Source: Tubulanus polymorphus
Taxonomy: Eukaryota > Animalia > Nemertea
Assembly: GCF_964204645.1 (NCBI RefSeq)
Contig: NC_134030.1
Coordinates: 17,506,210-17,570,209, forward strand
DNA: 64,000 nt
Direction: 5' to 3'
Position numbers and translations under genes: made by a program. Position 1 is the stretch's first letter. Every line of letters begins with the position of its first letter. Under the pieces are notes generated by a model. The model worked only from the letters and a program-made list of their open reading frames with translations. It made no database searches and was not told the DNA's origin. Shown here piece by piece: positions 36,177-48,823 of the stretch.

Positions 36177-37526
36177 CTATAAATCTGCATCTAATTTATA
36201 TAAAGGTTTAGATTTTATATTGTATCTCTTTTTTAAAGTTGTAAAATTAATTCCTGTTTCACGTAATTTAAATCTAAATATAAATTTATTCAGTACTGTA
36301 AACATTGAATTAGTTGAAGATATAACAGTTGCTCCTTCAGTTTTAATACATTTTTTTTGCTTCAATAATAAATTCTGATTTATCATCATTTTGATTAATT
36401 GTTAGGTATAAACACGGGATATTCTTAATTGTAAACATTGATAAAATAAGTAAAAAGGAGGACTCTTCAATATTTTTACTTATCCTAGATTTATATCCTA
36501 TAAATTCCCTTGCTAATAAATCACCATAATAACAGAAATAAAAGCATTTTTCAATCAAGTCATAAATACATACAGTCTGTTGAACCTCATCAAATAATGA
36601 TTTAAGTTGTAAATATGCAGGTGAATAGTAAATATTTTCTTTCTTTAAGTATTGTTTTATTTTTCCCATCACTTTTAATCCTCTTTTAAATGAAATACTT
36701 GTTTTTTCAATTCTAATTAATCCTGTTTCAATTGATTTTTCAAATGATTCTTTTAACCTCTCTTGATAGCAATTTATGTAACTCATTAAATTTGAACCGA
36801 AATTTTTATTTACACCTGGAGATTTGAATTGACATGCTGTTTTATATAGATCTTTATTTTATCATCCTTATGTAATGCTGAAACACAACTATTGGAGAAT
36901 TCTTTAAGAACTTTATATTTTCTATTTTCGAACATTGATTTTATTTCATCTGAATTAAATGATCCTTTAAAATCTTGTGTCACATCTACATCTAATATAT
37001 TGTAGTTTTTTTCAATTAATAATTGTTCAATATTATCCATTTTCTGTATTAATTCATTTAAATTTTGATTGCATAATGAAATTTTAAATACTGCAATATA
37101 ATTTTAATTCTTGATTACTCTTCAACTCTTGACTACTATTCTACTCAAGATATATGATTTTGAATTATCATCATGAATTGTTAAAACACGTGTAATTTTT
37201 ATAGCTAAGTTATCCAATATAATATCTCCTTGATTAAAACATTCTTTAATTTCATAATGGGTTATCTTTCTCTGATTAACGTTTAGAAAAGTTGTTCTAT
37301 TTTCTTTAATAATTTCTTTTTCTAACATGATTTTATATAGCATTATATTATCGCAAAATATATCTGATGTTTCAATTAATTCATTATTTTCAGATTTATA
37401 ATACTTATTTATATTTACTCCGGAAATATCTGTTAAATTATTGTTAACAGTTAAATAATATAATATTGAATTTATATATTTATTATTCATGTCTTTCGCG
37501 TGAACTTTAATTAATTTTGTGCACAT
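36177..37526 (-). pseudogene. Large unknown viral gene broken into four ORF pieces
   Basis: ORFs 37122-37526 and 36810-37040 share a frame. ORFs 36343-36786 and 36177-36389 follow via frameshifts. Confidence 0.45.
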
Positions 37527-38900
37527 TTATATATCAAATTTTTATTAAAATAGGTTAAAATTCAAAAAAGAGTTAGAGTTCGCTGAAACCTTACGCTTTA
37601 AAATATTTGTTTACCCTTATTGGATTATTTTCAAGAAATTTGTTATTGTATAGTTTAGTACAGCTTTTGCAATGTTTGTTTGCCATCTTTTTTAGTTTTA
37701 TTTTTTTGAAATTCTGTTAATGATTTATTCAATTCACACTTATTACATTTCTTATGGTATATCTTTATACCAACATTATTGTTTATATTCATAGCTTGTG
37801 ATTGTTCCGGCTCCATTTATAATACATATTTTTATTAAAATTGATTTCCATATTTGGAGTTATGATATTTTGATTTAAGATGGTGTGATTTATTGCCTCG
37901 AGTATAATATTTTCCACAATTACATAAAACACTTTCATTAGGATTATATTTAGGCGCAACAATTTCATCATCTAAATTACATTGAATTCCAATATCTTTA
38001 TAAGAATTATTATTATCAAATTCACATTGAATACCAATATTTGATGAATTTTCATTATAGATAATTGGTTTATCATCAAAATTTTAATAATATAATTGTC
38101 TTTTTTCGATTCTTAAGTTAATCAAATTATTGTAACCTCTAGAAAGTAGTAAATCATCATTTCTTTCATTGAAAGGAGTTTCAAGAATATTTATAATTTT
38201 TTCATCTAAAGTTCCTTTATGATTTAAAACTGTATTAAATATGTTAGGATTTTTGATTCCATTATCTATCGGTTCAATAATTAAATATGCTTCATTTGAT
38301 AATATTTGATTGATTATAGAAATATTATCAATTTTATATTGTCTTCTACTGAATTTGTTGCTGAGATATGATTTTTAATGTTAAATAATGAAAATAAGTT
38401 ATCATTATTCTTATTTCTAATATGACCTTTAGATTTTAAATGTTCTTTATAATATCTTTTATCACTGAATGATTGATTACATGTATCACATTTATATGTT
38501 TCTTTTTCATTCTTTAATTCATCTAATTTAGTTTCTAATATATCATCTTCATATTCTAGTTTCAATTTATTCTCTAAATGTGTTTTAGTTTTATTGTGTC
38601 TTGCTTTTTGGGATTTATCTATATTGATTACATGTTGGACAGTAGTACTTATTTGCTTCCATTTTAATACTAAATTTTTTTTTTTAAATTGATTTTAGAA
38701 GTTCAATGATTTATATCATGTATTATTTCAATCACACTTTACTAACACTTCTAATGTTTAAAAATCTAACTCATACAAATATGAATATTGAAATAATGTT
38801 GTAAATATATCTATCTATATATCTATTCTATAAGAGCTTACACTTTTATATTGAATAATCTATCAATTTAAATGTTATTCATTTACATGAATATTTTAAG

Positions 38901-39069
38901 AGTAATAGGGGTAATAGGCTTTCAGGTTAAAGGTTGAAGGGGCGAGTGAGTAAAAAATGAAAATAATAATAATTTACAGTTGAATTAGGAGTGTGCGCGA
39001 CTATTATTTTCATTTTTAACTCACTCGACCCTTCGACCTTTGATCTGAAAGCCTATTACCCCTATTACT
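38901..39069. repeat. Right terminal fold-back (arms of ~65 bp)
   Basis: agtaataggggtaataggctttcag... pairs with ...ctgaaagcctattacccctattact. Confidence 0.88.
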
Positions 39070-39219
39070 CCCAAGTTTAGTCCCGAGGGAGGGAGGGAGG
39101 CAGGGAGGGAGGGAAGCAGGCAGGCAGGCAGGGAGGCAGGAAATGAGTTTTACGTACATCATACGCTCGTTAATGAATGTCGTAACAATAGATTGAACGA
39201 TTCAGTTTTTTTATCTGTT

Positions 39220-40703
39220 CATGGAAATAAAAAGTCACCATGTGTACGGCGTGTTCTAAATGAATGTTGGACATTCACTGCTGTTTTTGCCGTTGGTGCT
39301 GACGTAAGTTATCATTAGTTATCCGATGAATGACCGGCTTTTCCTAAATTCTCATCTAAATCATATATTCATTTTCGCTCATGTTTCCGTATATCAGGCG
39401 ATCGTCTTTCCGAGAGAGACTGGCGTATCGATTGGAGACACGTCCGACAGTGTTTACAACCGTCTGGAAATACATTACGACAACCCGCACAGAAAATCCG
39501 GTGCGTAGAAAAATTCGTTTTCGAGATATTTATTTGTCCTGCATTTAAGAAAAGCGTATAGTTCGGGGCCGGCCGGTTCATACTGTCGCGGGATCCTTTA
39601 ATAAAGAAAAACAATCGGGCCTGTCCGGGATTTGAACCCGGGACCTCTCGCACCCCAAAGCGAGAATCATACCCCGGTGGCTGTGATCAGATAGATCAGT
39701 GAAGATCAATCTGTTACCATCAATCGATCAATCAATTATGAAAGCTTGTTCATCTATAGGTATTATCTTTATTAAGACCAAAACATGTTAAATACTACAT
39801 CAATACACATTATGAAATGACGACGTAAAACTTCGCAATGAATCGTGTGAAAGAAGAGTAAAATATAAGTCCCACAATCACGAATTCGAAAAACGTGATA
39901 TCTTAATGTTAGACTTTATTAAAATTCAAATTTTCGATTTCTCACTAAGAATCGCCAAAAATGACTGTTATACGGTATATCAGAGTTCAAACCACAGGAT
40001 AAATGATTATTATCGGATATGATATTTCAGGTATGTACGATACATCTGGGGTGCGATTTACTTACACGTCGAAACTGCGTAAATACGACGTGGGTTTTAT
40101 GACGACTGGTGCGGATTTCGGCGAGCCACTTTCTAAAGTTATCCCTCCACGCCAAGAAAAGTTTGAATATCGTGGATTTTGTCCACGAGGATGCCTAGAA
40201 GGGGTGAGATGAGTTGTTTCGAATGTACTGCAGAAACGTATTTCAAAGGGTTTTTTTCAAATTCCAAAGAACGTAGTGAAAATGCAGTCACCTCCCTGAT
40301 GCAGTAAAAAAACAACGACAAAATCCAGTATTTGATGTTAGAAAATGAATTCATTGATTTCAGGCGTTTAAAGAGTACACCGGCGATGAAAAAGAAATCA
40401 TGTTTTTTTCAGTGTTCGGACATGCGCACTTTGCCGGAGTAGGAATTCGCATATGTCATTTCCGTGACGGTCTCGAGTTGCCATGGACATTTGACGATAT
40501 GTCCTACGATTTTTACTATCAGATATGGCGACCGCTAAGGGAACCTGTCATTGTAAAGCCGGTATGTAGTTTGCCTTTTGGAATGTTATCTTAATTTTGT
40601 CTTATTGTTTATATCTTGTTTCATATTAATTTGTGTATTTTAGGGCGATACGATAATGACCGAATGTACCTTCAATACCGAAGACCTCGAAAATGTGACT
40701 TAC
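39220..40703 (+). pseudogene. DBH-like/MOXD1-like copper monooxygenase, central exons (...39303, 39398-39500, 40031-40203, 40364-40561, 40644-40703)
   Basis: LEIHYDNP, DTSGVRFTYTSKLRKYDVG, IPPRQ, GHAHFAG, YDFYYQ and GDTIMTECTFNT, with consistent splice phases. The last donor reads ATAAGT, and no EMC exon was found. Confidence 0.85.
39617..39675 (-). pseudogene. tRNA-Pro(TGG) pseudogene, 5'-truncated
   Basis: GGGGTATGATTCTCGCTTTGGGGTGCGAGAGGTCCCGGGTTCAAATCCCGGACAGGCCC. The first ~14 nt are missing and there is an extra G in the anticodon arm. A T-run follows. Confidence 0.85.
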
Positions 40704-41825
40704 ATAAGTACGGGTACATAGTGATATAAATCAGAGGATGGACAAATCATGATCAGCTTGAGCAGTCCCAATGAATGAGGAACCCTAAAATAAATTACCC
40801 CAAAATGGTTCTCCCAAGAACCCTGTCAAGAACCATTTGATAATATTGAAAGGGGTTCTAACAATAACCCTTTATACGATATGGTTCTTCAAAGAACCTT
40901 TACCAGGGGTTCTTCAAGGAACCCTACGAAAAGGTTCTTTGAAGAATCTTTAGGGGTTCTCCCTGGGAGGCAAGCCCAAGAACCATTAAAGGTTCTAAGG
41001 TCCTAAGAGGATAGCATTACGATTTATTAACAATTGCAGATGTAACGTCAAAAATCGAAAATTAGATGTTTCTTATTCGTGCGAGTTAAAGACTGCGGAA
41101 TTATATTGGATGAAATCGGTTCAGAGGCAGCATTACGATGAGCTTATATAGGACATTCGAAACAGCAAGAAGAATCAAACCGTTTCACATTTGAGACTGT
41201 ATATTGATGAACAGGGTGTCATCAGAATTGCCGGTCGTATTCATAATTCGCCGTTAGATACCGAAGCAAAGTACCCAGGAAGAAAGCCACTAAATATTTG
41301 GATGGATATATGAAAGCTGTGGGTACTGGAGTGTGTAATGGGTAGCGTAGTGTGATCTGTGTGCATTTGTGGCCAGCACACAGATCACATTGTTCATTGG
41401 GGATTAGTCCAGGACTCGCGAGATTTTCAACAACACGGAAGTAACGTGTAATACATGATGACTTGAATTGCATGACTACCTACCACCCCTCATTATTGTT
41501 GGAAAACTAAACGTTCCGCACTGACTAAAAATTAGTAATAATAATTAATAACATTTTAGAAATGGCCAGAATTTTAACTTAGGTTCTATCTCATTTTTAT
41601 TTTACAATTGCGATTGGTATAATTTGTTTTAAGCGGCCGTTAAGGCTTCATGTTTCGTCTGCAATTCACTGCAATTAGTTACGCAACTACGCGCATTTCA
41701 GTGTTTTTGGCAGCTGTACACTCAATCGGCACCGTTCGTGACTAGCTTCACTGCGGAATTATCATTAACATCGCCATATCACATCATCAACTTATATTGT
41801 GCCTTAAAACCCTAACAGCCGAAAT

Positions 41826-44024
41826 AATAAGCCTTTTTACAGTTTCCAGGCGCCATTTTTTTGGGTACCCGCCGGGTCCGCATTGTTGAATTTTTTGTCC
41901 CTATTTTTTCCCCGTTTAATATTTTTATTTCGTTCATATCTCTGGATTGGATAAAGATAGAAACAAAGTGAAAATATTGATTGACTCAGCTGATAATTAG
42001 TTTTTTTACTATGTTACTCAATCATAAAGTTAATGCAACAATGCGCGCTGGTGAGGTTATAAGCATTGATATCGTTTTCCCGATAATTCAACTTGAATTA
42101 TTGCTCAGCTCATTCAAAAGTTCGTAATTCTTACAAATTTTAATCTACATTTTTGAAATTTTCAGGATCAATAGCCATCTATATGTGGTCTTATATACTT
42201 TTTACCGTTTTCAATTATCTTTATCAATTTTTAAGTAATTGCGAGTCAAACTTCCAAAACACGTTTTCCCGGGTCCCCTGGGTGCATCTTTATATCAGGA
42301 AATTTCACAATTTCACCGTTTCCTACTTTGTTGAAAATCAATTTATTAAGTAACCATGGAAATAAGGGCACCTAGGTTTTTGAAAAATGGTTATTAAAGA
42401 TATATACTCTCTAGGATTTGTCAAAATAAACAAAATAACCCAGGTGTTGCTTTAACCAGCTACCTAGGTTCACAACAGATCATTTTGTCCAACGTGTTTC
42501 ATTCGATTCCAAAACTGCACGTACGGGTATACGATTGCAAATGTGAAAGTCAGACATTATGTGGCACATGTATGAGAACCACAGTCTCAATGCTGCGTCG
42601 CATTGACGTCGCAAATTTGCATGGCTACTTACGTGAAGTGGGCTAATACAGACCTTGTATGATCAAAACTGACTTAGAATTCGTGCCAAATCTCAAAATA
42701 ACTATCAAACACACGAGATCAATTTTGACAGAAAGTAAACGAATGTTATTTTCCTCAATATATACTAATATATTCCAAAGTTCCAATCTTTGCAACACAA
42801 TCGACTAAGCCTAATATATTCAAATTCAATTTGAAACACCTTCCAGCTCGTGTCACGATCAGTAATAAAGATCGAACATCGAACGTTCTCAAAAAAGAAA
42901 ACCCGATCCAACGGTTTGCAAACGTCAAGTTTGACACAACCGTGGCTGCTTCCATTTGCGTGGAGCTGCTGCTGAAAATTCAAAAATGTAAATCGGGTAC
43001 CGGTATTTAACTGAAGACCGAGTGCTCGCCATTACACCATGGTATTTCTGATGGTTAACTTTTGAGCAACTGGCTCCGGCAGAATCACCTGCCAACGGCC
43101 ATATTTGATGCAATATACTGTGAAACGATATAATATAGACGGGAGATCAATGAAACTTAAATGCTTGACACTAAGACTTATTTCGACTTTTTTGACTATC
43201 TTAGATGATTGGGAGAGGGGTCCAAAAATAAGGACATTTTCCGTAGATTAAGGCTGTGAGTAGGGTGCCCCTCGGTGTTGAAACAAATACATCCAAAACA
43301 ATTTAATTTGCAAGAGGATGAATGTTAGATTTGTAAGTTTTATGCGATCACTGTCTTGACAAAGATGGTAATCTTAATGGGAAGGAGCAGGGGTCCGGAC
43401 TACCGACCCTCCAAACCCGTAGTCTGTCCCTGTGTTACTAGAAATATATCTCTATTTACCATTTTTTTTCAAATAACTAGGTGCCCTTGTTTCCATAGTT
43501 ACTGAAAATTTTGATTTTAACAATGTAGGACCGGTTAAATTGGCAAATTTCTTGATATAAATATGCACACATGATACTCTAGAAAACGTGTTTTGGAAGT
43601 TTGACTCGCAATTACTTAAAAACTAATAAAGATAATTAAAAACGGTAAAAGGTTTATAAGACCACATATAGATGGCTATTGATCCTGAAAATTTCAAAAA
43701 TGTAGATTAATATTTGTAAGAATTACGGACTTTTGAATGAGATGAGCAATAATTCAAGTTGAATTATCGGGAAGACGATATCAATGTTTATAACTTCACC
43801 AGCGCACATTGTTGCATTAACTTTATAAATGAGTGATATCATAAAAAAGTTTATTATCAGCCGAGTTCATCGATATTTCTACTTTGTTTCTATCTTAATC
43901 AAATCCAGAGATATGAACGAAATAAAAAAATTAAACCGGAGAAAAATAGGGACAAAAAATTCAACAATGCGGACCCGGCAGGTACCCAAAAAAATGGCGC
44001 CTGGAAACTGTAAAAAGGCTTATT
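41826..44024. mobile_element. Non-autonomous DNA transposon with ~570-bp TIRs
   Basis: 41826-42395 is the reverse complement of ~43460-44024. GAAAT is repeated directly on both flanks. Confidence 0.9.
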
Positions 44025-44055
44025 GAAATGCACACACGATTTCTATCATTGAAAA

Positions 44056-45610
44056 TTGAGAGAGTGGCTGTGTTTATGTTCTGCTGCTTCGCGTAAATCC
44101 AGCGGGGTGGCGCCACCGCGCGGAGTGGGGCCGATACGTCCAGTATTGATTCCTAAATGTGAGTTTGCCGCTTTGATCGTCAAGAAATCGCGTAGAGCTT
44201 GTTTTCATCTGGGAACAAAGAATACTATAGCCAAAATTCGTGAGCGATACTGGATAACTTCCGTTCGTCCGTTTGTAAAACGCATACTGCGTAAATGACG
44301 TGTGCCATGTCGTAAAATAGCAGGCTCACCATATTGCTTGCCAAATTCGCCGCCTTTACCGCAGAGCCGTGTCTCAGACGTACCGCCGTTTTTCTACACC
44401 GGACTAGATTTCCTAAGGCCGCTGTTAGCTGAGAAACAAAAGACTTACGTCTGTCTTTTTACGTGTGCGGCAACCAGGGCTATACATTTAGATTTAGTGA
44501 CAGACTAGAGCACGGGAAGTTTTATTCAAGCATTCCGCAGATTCGTTAGCCGTCGTTCGCTACCTAGAGAACTTTATTCCGACAATGCTTCAACCTTTGT
44601 CAGAGCGTCTACTGAAATAGCTAAACTTCTTTCGGCCAGTGAGGTGAAAAATCACGTAGCTTCCTTGGGTATCACGTGGTAAGCGTGCGCCGTGGCATGG
44701 CGGATACTGGGAGCGTTCAGTCGGCCTTGTAAAATCTTGTATTAAGAAAACGTTTGGTCGCCAAAACTTATCGTTTGAGGAATTAAGAACAGCGATCACC
44801 GAGGTGGAGGCCATTTTAAACGACCGTCCACTTACCGTATTATCGACGGACGTGACAGACGATGACCCCTTTACTCCGTTGCATCTATTGATTGGTCGTA
44901 AACTTACTTCGCTACCGCAGATCCGTGTAGAATAGTCTGAACGTGATGACCCAGAGTTCGTGATAGATCAGACTGATATCGATAAAAGAGTAAGATATCG
45001 GGATTATTATTGTCGTTTAGACGTCGTGGGATTAACGAATATCTTAACAGTTTACGCGAATGGCATATATACGCTAGTAAGAATAACTCGGAACATTCGC
45101 GTTGGGGCAGTCGTTCTTATACACGATGACTTACCACGCCTTAAATGGAAGAATAGTGTGATTACCGATCTTATTCGAAGTTCCGTTAATTTGGTGCGTT
45201 CCGCGACTGTTAATACTTCTTCTGGAGTAACGAATAGACCAATAAATAAACTTTATCCATTGGAAATTGACTGTTACAGTATTCATAATGTGCGTGGCGG
45301 GAGGCCCCCTGTTGGAAATTCTGAAAATCGCGAGGTTTACGCCATTACGTTCTACAACTTTAAGGAAAGCTGCGGTAATTGCTAATTGAGAAAATTAAAA
45401 AGATGATATGAACTGTGTGATTTATCGTCGTTTATGATAATGTTGACCTTTTGGGCCCCGGGAGTGTCCTGAATTGTGTTTGGCTTATGTGTGTGTGGTA
45501 TTAACTCGGGATTTGGCCTTTATTTCTGTAACCCATCTTCATGCCTGACCAGGCATTATATTGTGTATGATAAGTCGAAGAATAAAGTTGAGTTAGTGTT
45601 GTACAGAAAA
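44056..45610 (+). mobile_element. BEL/Pao retrotransposon 3' remnant (degenerate integrase, PPT, partial LTR from 45465)
   Basis: PPFFYTGLDF, LFTCAATRAIHLDLV, YSDNA, APWHGGYWERSV and RPINKLYPLE. GGGCCCCGGGAG is followed by TGT. Confidence 0.88.
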
Positions 45611-46425
45611 TCATATGGGTTAGTTCGTTCCTATCTATATTCCTGCAGAATTTAGGAAACTAGCCTGGGAGTCATACTGGAAATCATGGAGTCTATAAAT
45701 GTCTCCGAGGCTACGATCCTGATTCCTCTGTGGATAAAATCCTGATTTCAATGTGGATAGAATGCCGATTCCGTTAAGGATACACTGATTCCACATAATT
45801 TAGCCTGTGCGAATCAAAAAAATTAACAAAATTCATACAACGATTAACATAGTTTGTTGTAATTTATTTCATGTCTTTATCGTGACAATGTTTTGGACGG
45901 GTGCCCGCCACTGAGTCAAGATTAGACAGGTTTCCGTGATGCTAGAATGATCTGTCTGAGAATTCCTTATCATATATATATTGAATAATTGCCAAACACT
46001 TTGGTCTCAATTCTGCGTCAAACATTGGTATTCTAAAAAACATAACAAAGCAAAATTGATGTATCACAGGCGCATTTATTCTGTATGGATTCATACGTCA
46101 TATGATGTCATAGGGAGAATTCATAGAGATGCAGGCATCTTTTCGAATATGTAGTAAGAGATGTCACGTGTCAATTTAGGTCGGTTATATGCAATTTACC
46201 TTGTAATGTTGTAATGCTCTACCGGAAGCTTCAGTTGAACCGATCCATCTTGGAGTCCAGTAATACGGCAACCAGTGAGACTGATTCGGGTAATACTTCT
46301 CAAATAGACTGCGATAGTAAAACGATTCTTTAGTTGTAGGTGTATTGAACGGGTATTTCGTTTCAACATCCTTCATCATATCATCGGTTATCTGAAATAC
46401 ACGTTAATACGATTGATTCGTCGGT

Positions 46426-46600
46426 AGGGCGACCTCTAGTGGTTAAATGGTTTAACTCAGTTGCATGGTTGATTGGAGGACTGTGAACTCAAGTGGTCCC
46501 CGGTTCGAAACCACTTCGGGCATTGGCTGTCAAGATACACTTGGACTAAAACTGTGATAACTTAGTCAGGTTGTGAGTCATAACAACCAATGAATGGCCT
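46426..46600 (+). mobile_element. Possible tRNA-derived SINE in an intron
   Basis: B-box GGTTCGAAACC at ~46502, with an A-box-like sequence upstream. Confidence 0.4.
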
Positions 46601-48199
46601 CTTCAATTTCAATTTCTCTTAAGATCTACTAGGCTCACACTGTTAGTTGCAGTGGGGACGTAAACTCTCCCAACTACTTAATGAATTGATTGTAGTGGAT
46701 GTAACGATTAGAGACGACGCAGGGTTCGAATCCCGCATTGTAAACGGTATACTACTAACACGTACAATTCTCTCCATATTTTCCTGTAACACGTGAAACC
46801 ACGATCTCTCCGGGGGTGAAATGCCGTCACTGAATCCCTCTTTCGGCCGCCACAGAATCTCATCCGGAAGTAGACCCGTACCGGAAAAAGCCTGACGCAA
46901 TATGATCCAAAAACGGAACCCTCAGCTCCAAACTAGAAAATCCAAACAAACAGAGACGATGAATGAAACGGGTGAAGATACATGACGTCAAAAGGGGGGT
47001 TATGAAGGCAGCCATAATTTCTAAAACGCTTTTGATCTTAAGAAATCAACCATAGGTAATTTGGGTTTAGGGTCCTGGGGTGATGTCATAGGGAGATTTA
47101 TGGGGGTACCCATGACGTCATCAGGTGGGATTGACAGATAGTTACCCCCAGGCAGCCGTAGCTCTATCACATCTAAGAACATCGTGGCAATAGAGATCTC
47201 GGAGCAGTCGTCTGGCGTCTTTATCGGCCGCTTCCGCATCCGGTGCCATGTGAAAATAAATGTATCCCTGAGCGACCTCGTCTGCACCTTCTCCAGAAAA
47301 TATCACGATCGTATCCGTCTTATCGGATATATATTTACTCATTAGATACATCGCTACAAACATAGAAAAGCTATAGAATAGATTAACATAAATCAGCATA
47401 AATTAGCATGCATTCTGCTGCTAAAATAGATGAATTTTTTTTCGGTCTCGTGCTAGTTGAATCCCTATCGTATGACCGCAGTAGGCAATTGGGTCCAGAC
47501 ATCGACTGGTATTAGGAAACCTTACGAATTCATAATTAAATTAACTATGTATTTTTACCTATAGCACTGCGTATGAGTATCACTTCATACGTTTCGGTCA
47601 TTTTAATCACTTCCTCTATGGCTTGAATCGCTTCTTTATGCGTGATCTGGATTTCGTAATGTTCGCTTCCGATGTGTTCAGCCACCTGGAAAATACACTC
47701 TACAAGTACTACACAAGTAATACTGTGTTAGTGATGATGCAAGGCGGTTTTTGTCTTGTAAATCAATGCTCACAATTCTCATGTAGGTTTTTTACCTTCC
47801 TGGCGGCTTTGATATCGGTGCTGCCTTCATATCCGACCGAGAAGGTCTGTAAGGGAACGGTCTGGCCGGATTCTTTCAAATGTTTCGCCGTCAGAGCAGA
47901 AACTAAACTCGAATCAAGCCCACCTTTAATACACAGGTAGAAATAATTATCAAGAAGAGAAGGCTTAAGAGCAGAAAGAGTTGTGGGCAGAGGAGAGAGG
48001 AGATGAGGCGAGTGAGGAGGGGAGGAATATAAAAGGTATTCACCGGATAAGAGGCAACCGATTCGCCGTTGAGAGACCATACGTTTCTGTACTGCGGCTT
48101 CTAACAGGTTTCGTACATTCGTCAGAATATCATCAACTAAAACAAACACAGATAAATAAATGAGGGATCTTTGCGGAGATATTTACCTGAAATCATCAG

Positions 48200-48823
48200 A
48201 GTTACCTCTAGGAGGAGACAGTGTTACCTCTAGGAGGAAACAGTGTTACCTCTAGGAGGAGACAGTGTTACCTCTAGGAGGAAACAGTGTTACCTCTAGG
48301 AGGAGACGGTGTTACCTCTAGGAGGAGGCAGTGTTACCTCTAGGAGGAGACAGCATTACCTCTTGGAGGAGACAGTGTTACCTCTAGGAGGAGACAGTGT
48401 TACCTCTAGGAGGAGGCAGTGTTACCTCTAGGAGGAGACAGTGTTACCTCTCGGAGGAGACAGTGTTACCTCCAGGAGGAGGCAGTGTAACCTCTAGGAG
48501 GAGGCAGTGTTACCTTTAGGAGGAGGCAGTGTTACCTCTAGGACGAGACGGCGTTACCTCTAGGAGGAGACAGAATTACCTCTAGGAGGAGACAGCATTA
48601 CCTCTTGGAGGAGACAGTGTTACCTCTAGGAGGAGACAGTGTTACCTCTTGGAGGAGACAATGTTACCTCTAGGAGGAGGCAGTGTTACCTCTAGGAGAA
48701 GGCAGTGTTACCTTTAGGAGGAGGCAGTGTTACCTCTAGGAGGAGGCAGTGTTACCTCTAGGGGGGGGGGGGGCAGTGTTACCTCTAGGAGGAGACAGTG
48801 TTACCTCTAGGAGGAGACAGTGT
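48200..48823. repeat. 22-bp minisatellite (~28 copies)
   Basis: Unit gtgttacctctaggaggagaca. The array begins inside ASNS exon 3. Confidence 0.95.

Larger units (their letters stand above)
26887..39069. mobile_element. Polinton/Maverick-like endogenous virus, degenerate, with no pPolB detected
   Basis: Sharp AT-rich, intronless island. Ends are AGTAATAGGGGTAAT...ATTACCCCTATTACT. Subterminal inverted repeats at ~27260-27560 and ~38655-38960. Carries integrase, ATPase and capsid genes. Confidence 0.88.

Noticed and set aside
27558-37526. In-frame stops in viral genes as an alternative genetic code
   Set aside because: Both TAA and TGA occur, together with frameshifts, which fits ordinary decay.
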